Source: an uncultured virus (IMG/VR IMGVR_UViG_3300025913_000028) (taxonomy: Duplodnaviria; Heunggongvirae; Uroviricota; Caudoviricetes). From it: a stretch of 64,000 nucleotides of DNA. A program made the position numbers and the translations under genes. This document shows, one piece after another, positions 54,628 to 62,054 of this stretch; position 1 is the first letter of the stretch, and each line of letters opens with the position of its first letter. The stretch is from the IMG/VR virus record IMGVR_UViG_3300025913_000028. One strand, 5' to 3'. The notes beneath the pieces are model-generated. The model was not told the origin of the DNA and ran no database searches. It saw only the letters and a program-made list of their open reading frames with translations.

Positions 54628-54971
54628 TGGACCGCGATCAAGAGCTGGAGCAGCTCGAAAAGGAACTGCGTGGCAAGCCCACGCCGCATCTCCACAAGCC
54701 GGACGAGCTCCCGATCTCGGACGGCACGACCTGCTTCATGAACCAGGAGCGCATGTGCGCTTCGGACTGCCGGGCCTACAACATCGACTCCAAGCCGGGT
54801 GAGGGTGCGGACTGTTGTCTCATCCTCGCTTCGGTGCTGGACATCGGCGCGAAGATGGACGGCGTGCTCTCAGCCGTCTCTCTTTTGCGTAAGCAGAGAG
54901 CAGACGCCACTCGCGTCAGTGCCGGCAAGGCGCCGGTCCCCGATCCCCGGGGAGGAAAGAAGCCAACATGA
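54627..54971 (+). CDS. Cys-cluster hypothetical protein
   Basis: CF....C..DC.AY..CC. Confidence 0.7.
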   Translation: MDRDQELEQLEKELRGKPTPHLHKPDELPISDGTTCFMNQERMCASDCRAYNIDSKPGEGADCCLILASVLDIGAKMDGVLSAVSLLRKQRADATRVSAGKAPVPDPRGGKKPT

Positions 54972-55531
54972 AGATCACGGCGAACGTTCTCGGTGTCGAG
55001 CAGGCCCTCAACTTCGACACGATGGAGCAGACGTGCCTGCTCGTCTTCGAGCTCTTCGGGCAGACCATGCGCATCCCGATCACCGAGGAGCAGATGGAGG
55101 AGCTCACCCTCAGCGCGGTGCGGGAGAAGACCTCGGGCCCCACCGAGCCGGTTCTGCACACCGCCACGACCACCTTCGAGGATGCTCGGGTCGGTCTCGA
55201 TGGTGCGCCCCCGTCGCTTGGAGCTCAGGAGGAGGCGGAGGAGCGGCCCTTCAGCCTCGTCGGCTCTGCGGGCCCCGTCATGGCGTCGCTCAGCGAAGCT
55301 CCGCCGGACAGCGAGGGCTCGACACCGGGAGGCCTCGAAGGAGTCTTCGGCGACGAGGAGGAGAAGGTCCGCACTCTTCGAGCTCGGAGCCGTCCGACGC
55401 GCACCATCACGCAAGATGAAGCTGGCAACCCGCTCATCAACGGTTCGCCGGCGGAGCCTCCGCCGGTTCAGCAGAAGAGCAACATGCCGCAGCTCCCGGG
55501 CTTCGGTGACGAAGACTTCCCGCCGGGCTGA
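54968..55531 (+). CDS. Acidic, largely disordered protein
   Basis: ATGA overlap. Confidence 0.75.
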   Translation: MKITANVLGVEQALNFDTMEQTCLLVFELFGQTMRIPITEEQMEELTLSAVREKTSGPTEPVLHTATTTFEDARVGLDGAPPSLGAQEEAEERPFSLVGSAGPVMASLSEAPPDSEGSTPGGLEGVFGDEEEKVRTLRARSRPTRTITQDEAGNPLINGSPAEPPPVQQKSNMPQLPGFGDEDFPPG

Positions 55532-55533
55532 AC

Positions 55534-55884
55534 ATGCGCCACATCACGATCGACCTCCGGAAGAAGCCGGAGGACACGGACCCGAAGGAGCTGGAGGCCG
55601 ATCTCATCATCGAGATCGACCTCTACGACGACGGCTACATCGCGGGCTACCACCGACGCGTCGAGGCTGGGAAGTACGAGCCCTACAACGTCTGGAACCG
55701 CATCGATCGCGCCGAAATGGTCAAGCACCACGTCAGCGTCATCCGTGATGTGAAGCCCAAGACGGTCGTGATCCGGACGGGGAAGTACTCGACCGGCCAC
55801 ATCAAGGACATCCCGATCCACCCCTCGGTGGTCGCCAACATCATCAACGGTACGTTCGACGCCGACAGTCTCACGCTCGGCTAG
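55534..55884 (+). CDS. Hypothetical protein
   Basis: GAAC-ATG start context. Confidence 0.75.
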   Translation: MRHITIDLRKKPEDTDPKELEADLIIEIDLYDDGYIAGYHRRVEAGKYEPYNVWNRIDRAEMVKHHVSVIRDVKPKTVVIRTGKYSTGHIKDIPIHPSVVANIINGTFDADSLTLG

Positions 55885-55903
55885 CAAAGAAAGAGAGAAG
55901 CCC

Positions 55904-56317
55904 ATGGCCCAGGTTCAGGATCCCACGCGTGTCGGTCACTACCCCGAAGGTCGGCCCAACCGCATCATCTCCATCACGCCCGCGCAGCACGTCATGGTCC
56001 GCTACGTCAACCCGGACGGGAAGGAGACGATGGCGTTGATCATGGCCTTCGGTGAGGCCAACTACGGCAAGGGCGGGCAGGGAGGCCCGGTGCTCCCCGG
56101 CATCTTCATCCTCGCCAACGAGCAGCAGCTCGGCGCACAGCTCCGTCTCGCCCCGATCGATCACGCGAAGTCGATCATCGCGGCGATGGAGGAGAAGGGC
56201 CTCATCGTCGACGGCAAGCTCGCCGGATCGACTCCGGCGGCTCTCCCGCAGCTTCCGGACGTCAGCGACGTCTTCAAGCTCGACGGTGAGGAGGAGAAGG
56301 CCGACAAGAAGGGGTGA
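55904..56317 (+). CDS. Hypothetical protein
   Basis: ORF with strongly biased codons. Confidence 0.8.
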   Translation: MAQVQDPTRVGHYPEGRPNRIISITPAQHVMVRYVNPDGKETMALIMAFGEANYGKGGQGGPVLPGIFILANEQQLGAQLRLAPIDHAKSIIAAMEEKGLIVDGKLAGSTPAALPQLPDVSDVFKLDGEEEKADKKG

Positions 56318-56347
56318 GCTTCTGCACGGTCCTCGTGCAACTTCGCC

Positions 56348-56377
56348 AGGTCCCATGCCTACGTAGGTGTGGGACCT
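56348..56377 (+). other. 13-bp intergenic hairpin with G.U pairs
   Basis: AGGTCCCATGCCT-ACGT-AGGTGTGGGACCT. Confidence 0.7.
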
Positions 56378-56393
56378 CAACAAGGACACGAAC

Positions 56394-57416
56394 ATGAACT
56401 ACACGTACTACGACGGGTACAAGCCCAAGCCCGACGCGCGGAATCTGCTGGACACGATCATCACGATCGTCCTGGATTACCAGCGCCAGGGCTTCAAGCT
56501 CACGCTCCGTCAGCTCTACTACCAGCTCGTCTCGAAGGACCTCATCGCCAACAAGAAGGAGGAGTACGACCGCATCGGCAACCTGGTGTCGCGTGCTCGC
56601 CTCGGTGGGCTGATGGACTGGTCGTCGATCGAGGACCGCATCCGTGTCCCCGAGAAGCCTCCCGAGTTCAGGTCGCTCGACAGCCTCGTGAATGCCGCCT
56701 TCAGCAGCTTCCGGCTGCCACGGCTGATGGGGCAGGAGCGCTACGTCGAGCTCTGGGTGGAGAAGGATGCCCTCGCCGGCGTTCTCGCCCCGATCGCGGA
56801 CGAGTACCACGTCACGCTGATGGTCAACCGCGGGTACAGCTCGACGTCGGCGATGCGCGAGTCCGGGCTTCGTGTTCGCTCCGAGTGCGACAAGATCGGT
56901 GCGACAGAGGCGGTCATCCTCTATCTCGGCGACCTCGACCCCTCGGGCGAGGACATGGTTCGAGACATCGACGATCGCCTCTCGCAGTTCATGAACCATG
57001 GTCTGGACATCACGTACTCGGCTGGCCGTCCGTATCGTGGTGGAGAAGTCACGGTCGAAGAGCCTGTCGCTCAGCGCGAGCGCATGCCGATACTCGGCCT
57101 CGAAGTGAAGAAGGTCGCTCTCACTCCCGAGCAGGTCGAGGAGTACGACCCTCCGCCGAACCCTGCGAAGATCACAGACAGCCGTGCCGAGAAGTACATC
57201 GCGATGCATGGCGAGAACTCGTGGGAGGTGGATGCTCTCCCGCCGCGAGTGCTTCGCGAGATCATCGAGACCGAGCTGAGGGAGATCATCGACCCGGATC
57301 TCGTCGAGGTGATCAAGGAGAAGGAAGAAGCTGACAAGCAGCGCCTCCGTGAGGCCCTCCTCAGTCTCGAACGGAAGTCGGAGCCCGAGAAGCCCAAGGG
57401 CAAAAAGAAGAAGTGA
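56394..57416 (+). CDS. Spo11/topoisomerase VI-A-like TOPRIM protein
   Basis: TLRQLYY (WHD Tyr), VELWVEKDAL, RGYSS, YLGDLDPSG, WEVDAL. Confidence 0.8.
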   Translation: MNYTYYDGYKPKPDARNLLDTIITIVLDYQRQGFKLTLRQLYYQLVSKDLIANKKEEYDRIGNLVSRARLGGLMDWSSIEDRIRVPEKPPEFRSLDSLVNAAFSSFRLPRLMGQERYVELWVEKDALAGVLAPIADEYHVTLMVNRGYSSTSAMRESGLRVRSECDKIGATEAVILYLGDLDPSGEDMVRDIDDRLSQFMNHGLDITYSAGRPYRGGEVTVEEPVAQRERMPILGLEVKKVALTPEQVEEYDPPPNPAKITDSRAEKYIAMHGENSWEVDALPPRVLREIIETELREIIDPDLVEVIKEKEEADKQRLREALLSLERKSEPEKPKGKKKK

Positions 57417-57440
57417 CCTCGACGCGGGTCGTGGAAGCTC

Positions 57441-57454
57441 CTATCAGGAAGACG
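57441..57454 (+). promoter_or_regulatory. Phage promoter-like motif CTATCAG-GAAG-ACG
   Basis: Recurrent motif followed by a GAGGAG SD. Confidence 0.65.
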
Positions 57455-57467
57455 AGGAGACAACATC

Positions 57468-58121
57468 ATGTGGGATTTCATCAAGAGCTGGAAGTTCATG
57501 GCCATCATCATCGGCATCTTCACCGCCGTCGTGATCGGTCTCATCGTCTACGGCGTCACGACGCACACGGAGGCTGGTCTCGACCCGCACTTCAACCTGA
57601 TTCCGGATGACGTGACGGCTGGTCGGCTCACTGTGCCGGTTGGGGTCTGCGCGAACACGTACACGACCGATCTACACATCGCCGAGGTGCTTCAGCATGT
57701 GGCCGGGATCGGGGAAGACGAGAACGCCTGGACCAACGCGACGCACGAGGATGCCCAGGCCGTCGCGGATGCCGTCAACACCATCAACCAACGCCTCGGC
57801 CGTCAGGTGCTGCGTGCTGGCGACCAGTGTTCGATCCACATCATCGTCGGTGTCCCTCTCGATCCGAGCTGGCGCCACGAGCCGGGAGGACGGGCCTGGC
57901 GCTGCCACGACTCCTGCTGCATCGAGACCGCCAACACGGGGACGACAGAGATGTTGGACCTCGCTCTTCAGCACGAGCTCGGGCACTGCCTCGGCTTGGC
58001 GGACGAGACCGACGTCAACGACGTCAGCATCATGTCACCGGACCTGCATCCTACGGGAGGCGGGTTCCCTCCACACATCACGGACTCCGACCGGAGCCTT
58101 CTGCTCAGCATCTACCACTGA
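57468..58121 (+). CDS. Membrane-anchored matrixin-like (metzincin) metallopeptidase
   Basis: N-terminal TM; HELGHCLGLAD plus SIM Met-turn. Confidence 0.8.
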   Translation: MWDFIKSWKFMAIIIGIFTAVVIGLIVYGVTTHTEAGLDPHFNLIPDDVTAGRLTVPVGVCANTYTTDLHIAEVLQHVAGIGEDENAWTNATHEDAQAVADAVNTINQRLGRQVLRAGDQCSIHIIVGVPLDPSWRHEPGGRAWRCHDSCCIETANTGTTEMLDLALQHELGHCLGLADETDVNDVSIMSPDLHPTGGGFPPHITDSDRSLLLSIYH

Positions 58122-58133
58122 CGGGTACACAAC

Positions 58134-58526
58134 ATGAACACGTTCCAGCTCCACGATGGCCGCACGGTGCGCGTCATCGGCAACAACATCCTGGTCGAGC
58201 GGGTCAAGCTCCCCGAGACCTACAAGAACACCAAGATCATCATCGACCGTCAGAAGGAGGACGCCACCGCGATCGGCATCATCCGGGCGGTGGGTACGCT
58301 CGCAGTCGTGAAGCCTGGCGATGGTCCCCAGCGCATGCCCCTCTTCGGTCTGGAGCCGGGGATGAAGTGCGCCTTCCTCTGGTTCTACGCGGAGCGGCAC
58401 ACGAACCTCCAGATCCAGGAGCGGCTCGGCCAGAGCCTCATCGTCCTGAAGTGGGAGGACATCTCCTTCGTCTGGCCGGGCAACGAAGAGCACGACGTCT
58501 CGGGCATCTGCTCGATGGGCGCCTGA
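58134..58526 (+). CDS. GroES-like co-chaperonin
   Basis: RVIGNNILVE..KIII..GIIRAVG..LEPG..IVLKWEDI. Confidence 0.75.
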   Translation: MNTFQLHDGRTVRVIGNNILVERVKLPETYKNTKIIIDRQKEDATAIGIIRAVGTLAVVKPGDGPQRMPLFGLEPGMKCAFLWFYAERHTNLQIQERLGQSLIVLKWEDISFVWPGNEEHDVSGICSMGA

Positions 58527-58553
58527 CCCTGCTACGCTAGGACTGGAGCCGCC

Positions 58554-58856
58554 ATGGACTTGAACATCGTCGCCTACCTCTCAGCTCTCGTGCTTCTCGC
58601 CGCCGTCGGTGCGTGGATGCACGTGCGCCTCTCCGCCATCAGGGTGAAGAGCAGGACCGTCGACTTCAACTTCGAGCGGCTTCAGTTCGCGCGGAAGCAG
58701 CACGACTTCGCGGAGCAGCAACACAAGGACATGATCACGATGCGCCGCGAGCACATGCGCACGATGGGGAATCTCCCGAGCCCAATGATGGGTCCGGGAG
58801 GTCCTCTCGGTGGTCCGCCTCGCCGGCGTGGCCCGGGAGAGGACATGGACTCATGA
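58554..58856 (+). CDS. Small membrane protein
   Basis: N-terminal TM; extended -10-like TGcTACGCT upstream. Confidence 0.7.
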   Translation: MDLNIVAYLSALVLLAAVGAWMHVRLSAIRVKSRTVDFNFERLQFARKQHDFAEQQHKDMITMRREHMRTMGNLPSPMMGPGGPLGGPPRRRGPGEDMDS

Positions 58857-59083
58857 TCACCTTTCGCATCGTGACGCCTCGCGTCACCAAGGACATCGTC
58901 TTCGAGGATCACGCCAAGGGGAACGAGTGGCTGAAGAAGCTCTACTCGGTCATCGGGCGGGCGAAGGAGTTCCGCATCCACGACGTCGACAAGAGCATGC
59001 ACACCGTGCACATCGACATGCCCATCAAGGACCTCTCCGACAAGGGGATCTCCTTCTTCGGGGCCACCACGGTGGCTCGCTGA
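58853..59083 (+). CDS. Small hypothetical protein
   Basis: ATGA overlap. Confidence 0.7.
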   Translation: MITFRIVTPRVTKDIVFEDHAKGNEWLKKLYSVIGRAKEFRIHDVDKSMHTVHIDMPIKDLSDKGISFFGATTVAR

Positions 59084-59101
59084 TTCTTTGCCCCAAGGAA
59101 C

Positions 59102-59404
59102 ATGAACATGACGAAAGCAGAGCAGCTCAGTGATGACTTCCGTGCGTCGTGGCGTGAGCTCGCCAAGACGATGTATGAAGCCTACGGCGACAGCGTCGAC
59201 TGGAAGGCCGTCAGCGGGCATCCGATGCCGAAGTTCGAGGACGTCGGCGTCCGTGTCGAAGGTGCGTGGTGCGTCGCGGCCAGTGCTGCGGTCGGGGCGC
59301 TCACCAAGATGAACCCGGCTGGGGCGGTGGAGGAGGCTCGTGCTCTCGGGCGCGAGATGGCCGACAGCTTCCTGGCGCGGATGAACGAGGCTACGAAGGA
59401 CTGA
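59102..59404 (+). CDS. Hypothetical phage protein
   Basis: YEAY..SV.WKAV.G..MP.F. Confidence 0.75.
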   Translation: MNMTKAEQLSDDFRASWRELAKTMYEAYGDSVDWKAVSGHPMPKFEDVGVRVEGAWCVAASAAVGALTKMNPAGAVEEARALGREMADSFLARMNEATKD

Positions 59405-59784
59405 TGGAACAGCTTCTCGCTCACGTGTTCGGCGACTACATCCTCCAGAGCGACTGGATGGCGCTGAACAAACGCAAGTCGTACATGGTCGCGTTCATCC
59501 ACGCCGTCACGTACTCGCTGCCCTTCGTGCTGCTGCACCCGTCGTTCGTCGCATGGTTCGTCATCATGCAGACGCACGCTCTGATCGACCATCTCGCGGT
59601 GGCTCGCTACGTCTGCTTCGCGAAGAACTTCCTGGCCCCTCCGAGTGCGTGGCCGGTGTGGGCGAAGACGAACGCGACCGGGTACGATGAAGAGAAGCCG
59701 ACGTGGATGAGCACGTGGCTTTTCATCATCGCCGACAACGCGCTACACCTCGCCATCAACTACGCAGCCCTTCGCTGGCTGTAA
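59404..59784 (+). CDS. DUF3307-like membrane protein
   Basis: LAHVFGDYILQSDWMA..K; H..ID; DN.LH. Confidence 0.8.
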   Translation: MEQLLAHVFGDYILQSDWMALNKRKSYMVAFIHAVTYSLPFVLLHPSFVAWFVIMQTHALIDHLAVARYVCFAKNFLAPPSAWPVWAKTNATGYDEEKPTWMSTWLFIIADNALHLAINYAALRWL

Positions 59785-59794
59785 GGAGGATCCC

Positions 59795-60556
59795 GTGAGC
59801 AAGAGCATCCATCGCAAGTACACCTGGCGCCCCGACGTCCCCGATCACCGGGATCAGTACTTCATCGACGGCGCGGTCGCACTGCCCCCGGCGGTCGACC
59901 TCCGCAGCGAGTGCCCGCCGGTCTACGACCAGGGACAGCTCGGAAGCTGCACCGGCAACGCGATCGCGGCGGCCCTCGCGTTCGCCGACCACAAGGAGCA
60001 CCTCGGGCTCTTCTTCACACCGTCGCGGCTCTTCATCTACTACAACGAGCGCAGCATGGAGGGCACGGTCGCCTCCGACGCTGGCGCTCAGATCCGGGAC
60101 GGCATCAAGAGCGTCGTGAAGCTCGGGGCGTGCGCGGAGACGACGTGGCCGTACCGCATCACGAAGTTCAAGCTGAAGCCCACGGCGAAGGCGTACAAGG
60201 AAGCCGCCCTCCATCAGGCGCTCTCATACAAGCGCATCGTCAGCACCAGCCTCAGCGCGATGAAGAGCTGCCTCGCGGCGGGCTTCCCGTTCGTCTTCGG
60301 CTTCTCCGTCTACGAGAGCTTCGAGAGCGCCGAGGTCGCCAAGACCGGCGTGCTCAACCTTCCGGCGGTCGGCGAGCAGATGCTGGGCGGTCATGCCGTC
60401 CTGTGTGTCGGCTACGACGACAGCACCGAGCGCTTCATCGTCCGCAACTCGTGGGGCTCGGCGTGGGGCCAGGCCGGCTACTTCACGATCCCGTACGGGT
60501 ATCTCACCAACCCGAACCTCGCGGACGACTTCTGGACCGTCCGCACCGTGGAGTGA
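59795..60556 (+). CDS. Papain-like C1 cysteine peptidase
   Basis: DQGQLGSCTGNA, SRLFIYY, GGHAV..VGY, RNSWG..WG..GY. Confidence 0.93.
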   Translation: MSKSIHRKYTWRPDVPDHRDQYFIDGAVALPPAVDLRSECPPVYDQGQLGSCTGNAIAAALAFADHKEHLGLFFTPSRLFIYYNERSMEGTVASDAGAQIRDGIKSVVKLGACAETTWPYRITKFKLKPTAKAYKEAALHQALSYKRIVSTSLSAMKSCLAAGFPFVFGFSVYESFESAEVAKTGVLNLPAVGEQMLGGHAVLCVGYDDSTERFIVRNSWGSAWGQAGYFTIPYGYLTNPNLADDFWTVRTVE

Positions 60557-60558
60557 AC

Positions 60559-60795
60559 ATGAACACGTTCACGAAGGGTGACATGGCGATCCTCAAGAGC
60601 GGCGGGCCGCGGATGACGGTTCGTCGTGTCGAGGCCGACATGATCACCTGCACGTGGTTCGAGACGAAGCCAGGTGGCGTGGACATGTTCACGCTCGGCG
60701 CGGCGTACGGGGAGCTCCGCAGTGCGGATTTCCACAGCGCCATGCTGGTCGCCATTCCGCCCAAGACCGAAGGGGGCGAACATGAAGTGGGCTGA
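60559..60795 (+). CDS. YodC/DUF2158-family protein
   Basis: F.KGD...LKSGGPRMTV..C.WF. Confidence 0.85.
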   Translation: MNTFTKGDMAILKSGGPRMTVRRVEADMITCTWFETKPGGVDMFTLGAAYGELRSADFHSAMLVAIPPKTEGGEHEVG

Positions 60796-61492
60796 CAAGC
60801 CGACGGCACATCACACGCACAGCGTCTTCAAGCTTCCCAGCGAGGAGGTGGTGTGGCGTCCGCCCACCGACGAGATCGGCCAGGACGGCTACCCGCGGAT
60901 CTTCCCGTGGAGGACGTGCAGCTACTGCGGGAGTATCCATCCGGAGGATCTCGTCGAGCTCGCGAAGACGATCCCGTTCTGCGACACCTTCGAGTCGTAC
61001 GAGTTCAAGACCGGCAAGCCCCACATGGAGCTCGCCGACATGAAGTACGGCTTCCCGCACAAGATCTACGTCGACACGCAGATCACGCTCAAGCCCGACG
61101 TGGAGTTCAAGCACGGGTCGCGCACCGAGAACGGGGTTCAGATCCCGCTCATGGGCAAGGGCTACAAGCCCTTCATCAAGTTCTACACCGTTCACACGAA
61201 CGATGAAGGGATCGACGACGAAGCTTTCGCCGCGATCGCGAAGGTGATGCACGACCACGCCGGCGTCATCCTCGAACGAGACGACAAGGGCGTGAAGTGG
61301 AGAGGCAGGCCCCGCATGATGAAGAAGAACGCCGACAACACCCCGACCTTCAGCCCCGGCGAGCGCGTGAAGGTCGCTGGCCAGGAAGGCAAGGTCACGG
61401 GCACCGCCGAGGACGGCCGCGTCCAGATCACCTTCGACGACAGCAACGTCCCGGCGCAGGTGATCGAGCCCGACAAGGTCGAGCGGACGTGA
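60782..61492 (+). CDS. Hypothetical phage protein (CSYCGSIHP) with a C-terminal SH3-like domain
   Basis: ORF motifs. Confidence 0.75.
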   Translation: MKWADKPTAHHTHSVFKLPSEEVVWRPPTDEIGQDGYPRIFPWRTCSYCGSIHPEDLVELAKTIPFCDTFESYEFKTGKPHMELADMKYGFPHKIYVDTQITLKPDVEFKHGSRTENGVQIPLMGKGYKPFIKFYTVHTNDEGIDDEAFAAIAKVMHDHAGVILERDDKGVKWRGRPRMMKKNADNTPTFSPGERVKVAGQEGKVTGTAEDGRVQITFDDSNVPAQVIEPDKVERT

Positions 61493-61950
61493 GCCCTGAG
61501 CAGGCGATGCTCGCGTACAGCCCGAGGGCTCTTCCCTCGGGCTGGTCGGCCCTCACGGGCGGACGCATCGTTCGTCGAGAAGGGCCCGTCAAGTTCCCGC
61601 TCGATGGTCTTCGAGAAGACCTCTGGCCTAGCTCGCCAGGTCCCGTGTTCGTCTTGCCCTACGCCGGCTTCGGTCTTCGTGTGACCGCTGACCTTCGACG
61701 TGTGAGCGACGCTCTCGGAGGCGGCTGGATCTACGGCGCGAGCATCAGGCGTCGCGATGGTGGTGTCGTTCGAGCCGAGGACGCCAAGCCGGCGGTGTTC
61801 GGGCTCTATCGCAACAGCTACTGGAAGGACGAGCTTCGAGAGATCTGGTACGGGCTGGTCGGCAGCACGACTCGGCAGTGGAACCAGGATCTCTCCTTCG
61901 CCACCGAGCGGATCCCGCTGGACCTGAGCTCGCTGCCCGGCGTACGCTGA
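61489..61950 (+). CDS. Hypothetical protein
   Basis: GTGA overlap. Confidence 0.65.
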   Translation: MSPEQAMLAYSPRALPSGWSALTGGRIVRREGPVKFPLDGLREDLWPSSPGPVFVLPYAGFGLRVTADLRRVSDALGGGWIYGASIRRRDGGVVRAEDAKPAVFGLYRNSYWKDELREIWYGLVGSTTRQWNQDLSFATERIPLDLSSLPGVR

Positions 61951-61987
61951 ATCCTCACGCCCCAGGAGCACTTGGCTCGCTAGGGTA

Positions 61988-62027
61988 GAAGCCCTCACGT
62001 CAGGCGCGACGTGGGGGCTTCGTCTTT
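61988..62027 (+). terminator. Hairpin / probable terminator
   Basis: GAAGCCCTCACGTC-AGGCGC-GACGTGGGGGCTTC followed by GTCTTT. Confidence 0.6.
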
Positions 62028-62054
62028 CGGGGTGTGTCGGGCTATCCTGCCGGC

